64,000 bases of DNA from an uncultured virus (IMG/VR IMGVR_UViG_3300048762_000476) (lineage: Duplodnaviria; Heunggongvirae; Uroviricota; Caudoviricetes). Below the pieces are notes generated by a model. That model was not told the DNA's origin. It worked only from the letters and a program-made list of their open reading frames with translations, and did no database searches. Of this stretch, positions 48,134-56,855 are shown piece by piece. The DNA is taken from the IMG/VR virus record IMGVR_UViG_3300048762_000476. The stretch is one strand, 5' to 3'. The position numbers and the translations under genes were made by a program. The stretch's first letter is position 1. Each line of letters begins with the position of its first letter.

Positions 48134-48727
48134 TCATGGCGTGCACACCTCGCCATCACGGACGCAATCGGTCGCTGGACCCGTTGGTTCCTCTTGGATC
48201 GTGGGTTGGCTGTCACTGGGCGCTGTGCCCGCGGCGATGCGCGGGCGAATCAGCGAGCGCAGGACAACTTCGCTGGCGGCGAGGCGGGCAAGCAGCGAGA
48301 CCGGGTCGGTGTGCAGTTGGGCGTGCGCGATCTCCGCACGGAACTGCTTGACGATGTGTGGGAGCAGTTCAAGCTCGCCGGTGTCGTAGTTGCGGTGGCA
48401 GCGCCAGCACGCCGGCAGCACGCACAACGGGTCGTCGCAGCCGCCCTGGCCGCGCGGCCACAGGTGCATCGGTGTGGTCGCCGGCGCACCACAGACCACG
48501 CATGGCTTGCCGTGGGTCTTTGCGCGCTGCCCCGGGCTGGCCGGGCTGATCGCCTGGCGTTTCGGGGTGGTTTTTCGCGCGAGTGGAGCAGTGCGCGTCG
48601 GGCCGCTGGTGCGCTCGAGCGACGTGTGCCGCTCAAGGGGAGTCGTGCGCTTTAGCTCGCCGCCTCGGTTGATCGGTGCGCTTCGGCGAGGCGATGAGCC
48701 GTGGGCTGGTGTCGGCTTCTCAGACAC
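48134..48727 (-). CDS. Phage-type HNH/Zn-binding nuclease with N-terminal (L.R.T.)n repeats
   Basis: LKRTTPLERHTSLERT; CVVC...H...R.QGG.DD..VLPACWRCH; RBS GAAAGGAGG. Confidence 0.72.
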   Translation of the reverse strand: MSEKPTPAHGSSPRRSAPINRGGELKRTTPLERHTSLERTSGPTRTAPLARKTTPKRQAISPASPGQRAKTHGKPCVVCGAPATTPMHLWPRGQGGCDDPLCVLPACWRCHRNYDTGELELLPHIVKQFRAEIAHAQLHTDPVSLLARLAASEVVLRSLIRPRIAAGTAPSDSQPTIQEEPTGPATDCVRDGEVCTP

Positions 48728-48750
48728 GGCAGCCTCCTTTCGCGCTCGCG

Positions 48751-49308
48751 CTACCGTCGTTCGGTGAGCACGAGGTAGGGAGCCTGGACGGCCGTGAGCG
48801 CGGACTGGAAGAGCGCTGTCAGCGTTTCGTTGGTTATCTCGTGTTCGTCGAGGAAGTGCTGGTCGACGACTGAGACCACGGGCGGCTGGGCTATTGCGAT
48901 GTCGCTGGCGGAAGCGATCAGGCGGCCGGCGGCGTGAAAGAGCCAGCGATGCTGGGCGTCGCTTGAGTCGTGCCGTTCGGTGAGCGTTCCGATGAACCCG
49001 CCCGGCCCGCCGGCGTCGACGTGGAAGCGCACCATCTGGCCGCTCAGCGCCACCGTGGTCTCCACGTCGCCCGCTTTGGGCTCGTAGCCGTTGGCGGTGT
49101 AGAGGACGGTGATGCCCTTTCCCCCCTCCGGGTCGTTTTCTCGACAGCGCGCCTTGATCGCGGCGTCGATCTCGTCACCGGTGAGCGTGTCGTCGATTTC
49201 GATGATCTTTGAGCCCCTCAGTGGTTCCCAGGTCTCGCCGTCGCTGAGGACCATGTAGCGGCCGGGGACGCCGGGGTCGGGGGTGCGGTCGGTTGGTGTG
49301 TCGGCCAT
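48751..49308 (-). CDS. Hypothetical protein (185 aa)
   Basis: Start MADTPT (RBS AAGGAGG); contains MVLSDGETW. Confidence 0.7.
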   Translation of the reverse strand: MADTPTDRTPDPGVPGRYMVLSDGETWEPLRGSKIIEIDDTLTGDEIDAAIKARCRENDPEGGKGITVLYTANGYEPKAGDVETTVALSGQMVRFHVDAGGPGGFIGTLTERHDSSDAQHRWLFHAAGRLIASASDIAIAQPPVVSVVDQHFLDEHEITNETLTALFQSALTAVQAPYLVLTERR

Positions 49309-49538
49309 GACGGGCCTCCTTGGTCGTGTTGTTTGCGCCGAGGCGAACGGCCGCCCGGCGCGTGCTCGGTGTGGTTGGGGCGAGTGCTTCTCGCCAGATG
49401 GGCCGTACGGCCCCCTGGTGAGCTCAACCGGCAGGCTGGGCACCGCCGAGCTTGGTCAGGCGGCGGGCGCGCGTGAGAGCGCGCGGCGAGGCCCTCGCGC
49501 GACCGCCGGCGCCGCGCTCCGCGCCGGCTGGCGGGTGG

Positions 49539-49768
49539 TCAGCTGGCGGGCGGCTGTGCGCTGCAGGTGTAGAGCGCAAACGGGGCGTCGAACTCGACGG
49601 CTAACGAGTCTTGCGGGGTGACGAGGGTGTGGGTTCGCCAAACCCAATCGGTGAGCCAGTCGCGCTGGGTTGAAAATGCGGGAAGCGCTCAACGAGCTCG
49701 GTGAGTTGGAAGCGAGCACCGAGACTGGGGAGATCAGGTTGTCGTGGAGCGTGTGGCGGAGTGCGCAT
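49539..49768 (-). pseudogene. Probable frameshifted small gene
   Basis: RBS AAGGA + ATG gives MRTPP...LGARFQLTELVERFPHF; protein-like sequence continues in another frame (QRDWLTDWVWRTHTLV...PPAS*). Confidence 0.4.
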
Positions 49769-49834
49769 GTGAGGTGTCCTTGGTTGCTTGCAGGAAATCC
49801 CGGCGCCGGTCCCCGGTGCGGGTCGCGGCTGGGG

Positions 49835-51703
49835 TTAGGCGAGTGAGTTGCGCAGCGAGGTGACGAGCCACGCCATCACCGGCGGGGTGACGGCGTTGCC
49901 GTACTGGTTGACTTGCTGGCGGCGGGTGCCGTGCACGATGTACGGGTTGCCGTGCGCGTTGATGTGCATGACCATGCCCCTCGCGATCTCGCTCGGCTCG
50001 AACATGCGGAATGTGCAGTTCTCCACCGCGACCGAGTCGGGGACACCGACGAGCGTGTGCTGCTCGACCGTCGCGCACGTCGGCATCTGCTCGGTGGCCG
50101 TGTGGCGGACTTGCCCTTCGCCGCGCAGGGTGACAACGGCGTGGCTGTCGGCGGTCGTGATCGACCCCAGCGGCCGCTCGTCGGCGGGGCGAAGCCAGCC
50201 TTGCTTGCCGGCGGGCCCGCCCGGGGAGCCGTAGTTGGCCATGATGAAGCGCTGCTGGCCGTCGGGGTGATCGAGGAGGTAGTGCTGGTTTCCCTCGGCG
50301 GTGATCGTGTGCAGCTGATCGCTGCCTGCGCGCGCGATCTTGGTGTTCGCGCGGTACGGTACGACGAGCGGCGAGTCGAACTGGACGATCCCGGAGCTTT
50401 CGCGGGTGAGGATCGTGTTCAACGGCTCACTTGGTGTGCGTGCCTTGCGCGCGGGGCCGCCTGCGGGGACGATGATCCCCGGCACGCCCTCCGCGCAAGC
50501 GGTCGCTTCGCTGCCGGGTTGGGCGGTGACGAGGGCACGGTCGAGCGTGGTGCTGATCGTGCGTAGCTGCTCGTCGATGTGCCACGCCTTCAGCGGGCTG
50601 TGACGCTCGATCGATCCGTCCGGGTGCATGCGCCCGAGGTTGCCGGCGACTTGGACGACGAGCGCGGAGCGGTGCTGCGCGGTGATCGTTGGAAGCGGAT
50701 CGATCACGTCACGCGCCGTGCGCGACTCCGGCGAGGTGAGGTAGTCGAGTGGCACCACCATCGGACGCTGCGGCAGCCGTTCGACACCGCGGCGAATCCG
50801 TGCGAGGGTGCTCGCTTCAAGCGGGCGCATGCCGTGCTGTTCGCGCTCGCCGATCGGGACCGCTTCACGCCACCACTCGATCGCCGTGCCGGCCGGGATG
50901 AACGCGGGGTTCGCGCGCCCAGCGCACTCGATGCAGGCGTAGATGTACTGCTCGCCATAGCGGCCCCACACCGTGTCGTGAGGCCCCCAGGCAAGCCGCA
51001 CCGGGTCGGGCTTCTTCAGATGCGCCTTGGACGCCTGCACGCCTGGCACGACGTGCCCGCAGCTCTCACACCAGCACGCCGGGTGGTAGTCGAGTTCCGG
51101 GATGCGTTGCCCGCGGCGCCAGAAGACGATGTAGATGCGGTCGCGCGACTGCGGCACCGGCGGGAAAAAGCCGCTGTTGAGGTAGACCTTTCGGTGTTCG
51201 TAGCCGAGGTTGGTCATGTCGCGAAGCCAGCTGCGGAAGCTCACGCCGCAGCGGCATTCGCGCCGGTGTCCAGAGCGGCGTGGCTCACACCAGTGCACGA
51301 TCTGGGGGACGTTCTCGACGATCACGGCCTGGTAGCGCTTGATTTCTGCCCAGCGTGGGACCTCGTCCATCGTTGAGCGCGATCGCTCTGCGGTCTGGTC
51401 GCCGGTCGGGTCAAACAGCGACGGGTCGTCCTTCTCGCGGCCTTTGGCGTAGGAGTGCTCTTTGCACTCGGGGCTTGTGATGAGGACGTCGGCCGGTGGT
51501 GAGTGCCGGCGTGGGTCGAGCGTCGGGATGTCGCCGAGGGTGTGCTCGACTTCGGGGTAGTTCGTTGAGTGCGTCGCGATCGCGACGCGGCTGTGGTTGG
51601 CGGCGTGGACGACTTCGACGCCTTCCACCGTTTTCGCGCCGGTGGTGTTCCCGCCGGCGCCGCAGAAGTGGTCTTCGATGCGCAGCAGGGTGTCCGCGTT
51701 CAT
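49835..51703 (-). CDS. DNA (cytosine-5) methyltransferase, phage/plasmid type with repeated variable region (622 aa)
   Basis: DHFCGAGG, AANH, SPEC..HS, IVENV, PQSRDRIY, RMFEP.E, QYGNAVTPP. Confidence 0.92.
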   Translation of the reverse strand: MNADTLLRIEDHFCGAGGNTTGAKTVEGVEVVHAANHSRVAIATHSTNYPEVEHTLGDIPTLDPRRHSPPADVLITSPECKEHSYAKGREKDDPSLFDPTGDQTAERSRSTMDEVPRWAEIKRYQAVIVENVPQIVHWCEPRRSGHRRECRCGVSFRSWLRDMTNLGYEHRKVYLNSGFFPPVPQSRDRIYIVFWRRGQRIPELDYHPACWCESCGHVVPGVQASKAHLKKPDPVRLAWGPHDTVWGRYGEQYIYACIECAGRANPAFIPAGTAIEWWREAVPIGEREQHGMRPLEASTLARIRRGVERLPQRPMVVPLDYLTSPESRTARDVIDPLPTITAQHRSALVVQVAGNLGRMHPDGSIERHSPLKAWHIDEQLRTISTTLDRALVTAQPGSEATACAEGVPGIIVPAGGPARKARTPSEPLNTILTRESSGIVQFDSPLVVPYRANTKIARAGSDQLHTITAEGNQHYLLDHPDGQQRFIMANYGSPGGPAGKQGWLRPADERPLGSITTADSHAVVTLRGEGQVRHTATEQMPTCATVEQHTLVGVPDSVAVENCTFRMFEPSEIARGMVMHINAHGNPYIVHGTRRQQVNQYGNAVTPPVMAWLVTSLRNSLA

Positions 51704-52024
51704 TGCCGCGGCCCCCGGCTGTAGGGGTTGGTCTGCATATCTGCTCCTCTCGGAAAAGGCCACGCGCGCGTCGCGAGGGCGGCGCAGCACTGCGCGCTTG
51801 GACGCGGGTGGTTCACTAGTGGCAGGCGACGAGCTCGCCAGGGCGGGTCAGCGCCACCTCGAGGCCGCTCCACGGCGTGCCGCGGTGCTCTGCGACGGGC
51901 GCGTTACGCGCTCGCCACGGCAGCGAGAGCCGCTTGGATGTGTGCGCAGCGGAGTGCAGTGAGCGCGAGGTAGCGCGCGCCGCGCGGCGACGGTGGCCGC
52001 TGGGCTCAATGTGGCGAGCACAGC

Positions 52025-52522
52025 TCACCCCGGGGGCTCGTAGATCAGTGATCGCCAGACACGTACGGGGCGGCGGATGCGCCGTAAAGGGCGTGTGTCT
52101 TCGGTGCGGCTCATCACGCCACGTCGCTCGCCGGCGGCCATCAATGCGGCCATTTGGGCGCGCGCGTCCAGCGGCTCGAGGGTGATCTCCGCAGTGACGT
52201 CATCGACGGTGAACTCGCCAAGCCGGGTGGCGACGGCTTCCAGGCTCGCGATCGCGTGCTGCTGCCAGACCGTGCGGTGGCGCTCGAGCTCAGCTGGATC
52301 GATGACCGCTGCCGGCGCGCTCAGCGCGACGCGGATACAGGCGGTCGGCAGGCCCTCGTCGGTGATCCAGCCCTGCGGGGTGTGCCGCGCGATTTCAAGG
52401 CCGTCGGCGCGGCGCAGCACGAGGTCGTCGAGGTGGATGTCGACCGTCGTCGGCGCTGCGCCGAACAGCGTGAACGGTTCAGCGGGCACGCTCATGGCCT
52501 CATCCCGCTGTGGTGGATTCAT
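52025..52522 (-). CDS. T.DD...W.S wHTH-like protein, paralogue 2; start 52522 or 52495
   Basis: W..HAI..LE...FTVDDV...RPVRVWRSL; ATGA overlap with 52519-53037. Confidence 0.72.
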   Translation of the reverse strand: MNPPQRDEAMSVPAEPFTLFGAAPTTVDIHLDDLVLRRADGLEIARHTPQGWITDEGLPTACIRVALSAPAAVIDPAELERHRTVWQQHAIASLEAVATRLGEFTVDDVTAEITLEPLDARAQMAALMAAGERRGVMSRTEDTRPLRRIRRPVRVWRSLIYEPPG

Positions 52523-53037
52523 GAGCGCCAGACCCGGACGCGGCGCCCGCCGTTGTTGCGGGTGCACCGCACCGTCTCGGTGGTGAGCTCGATCAGCGCC
52601 TCGCGCTGACCGGCTCGCATCAGGCGGCTCATCTGGTTGCGCGGGTCGCGCGGGGGCATCTCGATCCGCTCCCACACGTCATCGACCGTGAGGCTCGCGC
52701 GCGCTCGGGCGAGCGCTTCGAGCTGGCGCATCGCCTGCTTGAGCCACGCGTGGTCTTCCTCGCGGTGCTGACGTTCGAGCGCATTGGGGTCGATCACGGC
52801 ACGCGGCGCGCCGATCGGCACACGGACGCGGCTGGTCGCCAGACCGTCGGGGCTGATCCAGCCGGCCGCGGTGAGCGTCGCGATCTCCTCGCCGGCGCTG
52901 TCGCGGATCGTCATGCCGTCGAGGATCAGTTCGACGTCACGACCGGGCTTCGGTGCTGCGGCGAGCTCGAGCTGCTGGTGTGGGCCGGCGCTCATCGCCG
53001 CGACCATTCGCAGCTTCGGGGTGTGGTGCTCGTGCAC
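52519..53037 (-). CDS. T.DD...W.S wHTH-like protein, paralogue 3
   Basis: W..QAM..LE...LTVDDVW...RRVRVWRS; full-length similarity to 52025; RBS GAAAGGAG. Confidence 0.75.
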   Translation of the reverse strand: MHEHHTPKLRMVAAMSAGPHQQLELAAAPKPGRDVELILDGMTIRDSAGEEIATLTAAGWISPDGLATSRVRVPIGAPRAVIDPNALERQHREEDHAWLKQAMRQLEALARARASLTVDDVWERIEMPPRDPRNQMSRLMRAGQREALIELTTETVRCTRNNGGRRVRVWRS

Positions 53038-53052
53038 ACGGGCACGCTCCTT

Positions 53053-53304
53053 TCATTCGTCGGGGTGCCAGGACTCGCCGGCGTCCAGCGGGTCGAAGCC
53101 GGCGGGCGGGCCATGCTCCGGGTAGCGGCGAATTGCTGCCTGCTCGCGGCGGACGCGCTCGTCGCCGTGCCCGCAGCGCGGCCAGCTGCGCCCGCCGTAG
53201 CCAGGCCAGCGCAGCAGGACAGCTCCGCGGCAACCCGCGGGGCCCTCGATGCACGCAAGCGGCGCCGCGGGCGCCCGGGCGGGGTCGCTGTCGCTGTGCG
53301 ACAT
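53053..53304 (-). CDS. Small Cys-containing protein resembling actinophage hypotheticals (83 aa)
   Basis: Start MSHSDS (RBS GAAAGGAG); C.EGP.GC.G...PRC...YP...P..FDP..AGE.W. Confidence 0.7.
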   Translation of the reverse strand: MSHSDSDPARAPAAPLACIEGPAGCRGAVLLRWPGYGGRSWPRCGHGDERVRREQAAIRRYPEHGPPAGFDPLDAGESWHPDE

Positions 53305-53428
53305 GGCGGTGATCTCCTTTCGGTGGGACCATCTGCTGGACCGAGACCGGCGGCAGCAACGCTGTGATCGCTGTGGCGTGCCACGGCCGGGGCGCGGTCG
53401 GTCTGGCTTGTGGTGCGGTGTTCGGCGC

Positions 53429-54364
53429 CTATCGCGGGATCGCGGTGGCAGCCGCGCTGTCGCCCTCATCCAGCAAGATGCAGTCGCGGGCGGTGTAGAT
53501 GACGACGCGGTCGGCGTAGCGGCGAGCGATGTACACGTTGCCCTCGGTCTCGTTGAGCACCCGGATCTGGCGGGCGCAGGCGACCTCCATCAGGCGGCGA
53601 GAGCTCTCATAGGCGCTTGCCGGGTACAGGCGGCTCGCTACGTCGATCTTGCCGGCTGCCTGCAGGGTGATCAGTCGCGCGCCCTCTTCGTCGAGCACGG
53701 TGCGCGCGAAGTTCAAAAGCGCCAGCCGCCAGTCGCCTCGCGCGATGTACGCGCGGGTGCCGCAGGCCACGCGCAGCGCGGCGGCGCTGGCGAGCTCGAT
53801 GCCCGCTTCGACGCCGGCGTCGTAGGCTTCGATCGAGCCGAGCGCTTCGAGGTTCGGCATCATTCCGGCGCCGTTTTCGTAGTCGACCGCGTCGCGGGGT
53901 GGGCGCTCCTGTTCTTGTTGGGCGAGCTGTTGGCGCGCGTGCGCGAGGCGTAGGCGGAGCGCGTCGGGGTCGGGCCGCTCGAACGGGTCGGCTGCGAGTG
54001 TCTGCACGCACGTTTCGCACTCGGCGCACTTGAACGCGATCGTGTGGTAGTCCTCGCCGCGGCTCACGGCGCCCGCGTGGGCGAACTGGATGCCGGCGCC
54101 GTCGACTGATGCCACCCCGCGGGCGCGGTAGTCGACGTAGCCGACCTCATCGAACTGCTCGCTGCCGCAGTTCGGGCAGCTGAGCGGTTGCGGGGATGCC
54201 GGGTCGGGACGGCGCGTGAGTGGTTTCCACTCCTCGACAGTGCCGGCGGTGTTCGCTTCGAGGTGGGCGATAACGTAGTCGTCCTCGACATCGTCGGGGA
54301 CCTCGAACTCGGCGGGCAAAGCGGCTCGCGTGCCGCTCTGCCGCCATCTGACTGAAACGAGCAT
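53429..54364 (-). CDS. Hypothetical protein with Zn ribbon (311 aa)
   Basis: CPNCGS...CAEC; RBS GAAAGGAG. Confidence 0.72.
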   Translation of the reverse strand: MLVSVRWRQSGTRAALPAEFEVPDDVEDDYVIAHLEANTAGTVEEWKPLTRRPDPASPQPLSCPNCGSEQFDEVGYVDYRARGVASVDGAGIQFAHAGAVSRGEDYHTIAFKCAECETCVQTLAADPFERPDPDALRLRLAHARQQLAQQEQERPPRDAVDYENGAGMMPNLEALGSIEAYDAGVEAGIELASAAALRVACGTRAYIARGDWRLALLNFARTVLDEEGARLITLQAAGKIDVASRLYPASAYESSRRLMEVACARQIRVLNETEGNVYIARRYADRVVIYTARDCILLDEGDSAAATAIPR

Positions 54365-54665
54365 GGCGCTCCTTTCTCGGAAATGACAGGTGTGTACGCG
54401 CGGCGCGAGGGTCGTTGTCGGGCCCGCCGCGCGCGTGCTGTGGGTCGGCGGCGCTGTGCTGCGGCGTGGGACCGGCTCCGCACGTGCGGGCCGGCGTTGG
54501 CTGCGATGCCGGGCGGAGCCGAACCCCGCCCGTTGGGGCTGTCGGCGGCCCGTTGGCGATGCCGGGCGACTGGCGCGCCGCCGTCATCGATGTCCTTTCA
54601 GGGGGTGTGGGTGCGCCGGCCGCCGTCGCGGCGGCCGGCGTGCGTGCGTCGAGTTGCCGGGCGGG

Positions 54666-55193
54666 TTAGGCGCGGCCGTGCGGCGCGTAGTCCTTGAGGT
54701 CGCGCATCGGCACCCGCCCGTTCGGCAGGCTGCGGGCGCGCGCGATGCGCAGGTCGTCGGCGTAGACGTCGGCCATCTGGCGGCCGAGTTCCTGGTCTGT
54801 GTCGCCGAGGAACTCGACGACGTCACTGTGCTCGTCTGCGCTGAGCGGTATGACGACGGCTTCGATGTGCGCGATCTCGCCGGCGCCGCGGTCGATCATT
54901 CGCTCGAGTACCACTGTGGCGGGCTGCTCGCGGCTGACGTAGTTGCGCAGCTCGTCGCCGAGCAGCTCGCGCTCGGCGTCTGTGAGTGAGCCGGGCATGA
55001 GCCATGCGAGCGGGCGAGGGCCGCTGGTGAGCTCGATTGCGCGGGCGCTCTGAATGATCGCAACGTCCTGCCCGGCGCGGTCCTGCGTGATCGTGGTGTG
55101 CAGTGTCACGACGCTTTCCGGCGAGGCCGGTGTGATCGCCACCGTTGCCTGTACGGACTTCGCGGCTGGGGTGGTCATGGTCATGGTGGTCAT
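54666..55193 (-). CDS. Hypothetical protein (175 aa)
   Basis: RBS GGAGGA; typical codon usage. Confidence 0.7.
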   Translation of the reverse strand: MTTMTMTTPAAKSVQATVAITPASPESVVTLHTTITQDRAGQDVAIIQSARAIELTSGPRPLAWLMPGSLTDAERELLGDELRNYVSREQPATVVLERMIDRGAGEIAHIEAVVIPLSADEHSDVVEFLGDTDQELGRQMADVYADDLRIARARSLPNGRVPMRDLKDYAPHGRA

Positions 55194-55325
55194 CTGGTCC
55201 TCCGTAACGTGGTTTGAAATGGGTTGGGTATGCGGCAGCGGCCCCGCAGCCGGTGTGGCTGCAAGGCTGGTCTGGGCTCGCCCCGCTTGTTGCGCGGCGA
55301 GCGGTGTGCGTGCCCGGGTTGCGGG

Positions 55326-55565
55326 CTAGATGCGCGGCGGGCGGACTAGGTCGCGCAGACGCTCGAGCGCCTGTCCACGCGGGACGGTGCTCGCGCCGTC
55401 GCGGGAGCACAGCGTGAGAGTGCCGGTCGCGAGCTCTTGCTCGCCCGTGGTGAGCCCGCCGCGGTCGAGGACCTACTGCTCGACGATGACGACACTGCCG
55501 CTGCTCCCGAGGTGGGTGCGCAGCGCGGTGAGCTCGTGGTCGGCGAGCACGATGAGGCGTGCCAC
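55326..55565 (-). pseudogene. Small gene interrupted by an in-frame TAG at codon 31
   Basis: RBS GAAGGAG + GTG: MARLIVLADHELTALRTHLGSSGSVVIVEQ*VLDRGGLTTGEQELATGTLTLCSRDG...PPRI*; internal stop at 55473-55475. Confidence 0.55.
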
Positions 55566-55601
55566 TGCTGCTCCTTCGTGAGTGAGTGGGTGGGTGGTGG
55601 T

Positions 55602-55964
55602 TCAGTCGCGCGGGTCCTCGTCGACGGGGTAGTGCGTGCCGGGGTCGCCGAGGTTGGCGTAGGAGATCGTTGAGCAGAGGTCGGGCGCGTCGAGGTACAC
55701 GCTGCCGCTCGCTTGGAGGGCGAGGAGCTCATCGACAGCGGCGTGCAGCGTGTGGTGGCGCTTGCACGCGACGAGCTCAACGATCTCGCCGCCGTCGTGG
55801 AGTGTGATCTGCCAGGTCGCCGCGGCAAGACGGTCTGAAAGCGCAGCGGCTTCGCTGAGCTGCTCGCGCGCGAGCAGCATGAACTCCGGCCACTCCTGCT
55901 CCCCATCGCCCGAGATTCGGTGAACTAGCCGTGCCCGTGGCAGCTCCTTGACGGGGGCGCTCAT
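55602..55964 (-). CDS. Hypothetical protein (120 aa)
   Basis: ATGA overlap with the upstream gene. Confidence 0.7.
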   Translation of the reverse strand: MSAPVKELPRARLVHRISGDGEQEWPEFMLLAREQLSEAAALSDRLAAATWQITLHDGGEIVELVACKRHHTLHAAVDELLALQASGSVYLDAPDLCSTISYANLGDPGTHYPVDEDPRD

Positions 55965-56479
55965 TGCGTCTCACCGCCGGTGCGCTTCCCGGTCGGGTAG
56001 GCGCGGGCGAGCAGCGCGTCGGCGATCGCGATCGCCTCAGCGAGCTCGACGTTGCCGTCCGCGTGCTCCTCGGCCACCTCGCAAAGCAGGCGAAGCGCGG
56101 AGCGCTCGCCACCGATGAAGCGCACAAAGCACTCTTGCTCACGGCCGGGAAGCTGCGGCGTGAACGTGATGACGACCGTGTTGGTCGCCTCGTGGCGGGT
56201 CTCGGTGTCGAGGTCGACGATCGCCTCGGGGCGCTCGCGAACCTCGGCGAACGCGAGCTCGGTCAGCGTCGCGATGAGCTCGTCGAGACTGTCATCGCAG
56301 AACAGTGTCCGTTCGTTGCTGAACTCGCTGATCGCGACGAAGCGGGGGCACTCGATGTCGTCGGGATCGGCAGGGTCCTGGTTGAGGATGTCTTCGATGT
56401 CGCCGCGACCTCCGCCGGGCGAGGCGTGTTTGTCGGCGAGCTCGCGCAGTCGCGCGAACCGCCGCTGCCTGTCAGGCAT
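55961..56479 (-). CDS. Hypothetical protein, RLRELA family paralogue (172 aa)
   Basis: Start MPDRQR (RBS AAGGAG); similar to 58128-58739. Confidence 0.72.
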   Translation of the reverse strand: MPDRQRRFARLRELADKHASPGGGRGDIEDILNQDPADPDDIECPRFVAISEFSNERTLFCDDSLDELIATLTELAFAEVRERPEAIVDLDTETRHEATNTVVITFTPQLPGREQECFVRFIGGERSALRLLCEVAEEHADGNVELAEAIAIADALLARAYPTGKRTGGETQ

Positions 56480-56642
56480 GCTGTTCTCCTTGATGTTGGA
56501 TTGGTGGGTCTGCGGGCGCGGGTCAGCGCTGCTCGCCGAGCAGGTCCTCGTGGACGTGGCGGCGAGCGAACTACCGCACGGCGGGTTGAGGACGCCCGCC
56601 TGAAGCGAGTGGATGCGAGCGGGGTTCGCTCGTTGGGCGTGC

Positions 56643-56780
56643 CTAGAACGGAATGTCGGGCAGCTCGTCGCGGCGGCGCAGACGCGTGCGCTTGAGCAGG
56701 CGAGCGACTTCACGCTTGCGGCTGGTGAGAACGGCACGGGCGATGTCCAGTGCGGCCGTAGGACATCGCTCCCCTTGCAT
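56643..56780 (-). CDS. Small basic peptide ending in an SSB-like tail DELPDIPF (45 aa; not in ORF track)
   Basis: MQGERCPTAALDIARAVLTSRKREVARLLKRTRLRRRDELPDIPF*; fills the intergenic gap; start uncertain. Confidence 0.5.
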   Translation of the reverse strand: MQGERCPTAALDIARAVLTSRKREVARLLKRTRLRRRDELPDIPF

Positions 56781-56855
56781 CGGGTGTGGACGTGTTGCCG
56801 TCTGTCGCCGCGATGGTGTAATCGCCTTCCGGCCGCTGGGTGCTGCGAGCGCCGG

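Noticed and set aside
33854..51703. Classical restriction-modification, BREX or DISARM system
   Set aside because: No HsdS/HsdR, PglZ/BrxC, DrmA/B or recognisable restriction endonuclease beside the MTases.
51816..52028. 70-aa ORF with GTGA overlap to 52025
   Set aside because: Composition looks non-coding and has no motif; cannot be supported, though not excluded.
54147..54587. ORF with good RBS (MTAARQSP...)
   Set aside because: Low-complexity product overlapping 53429-54364 out of frame; at most a remnant.
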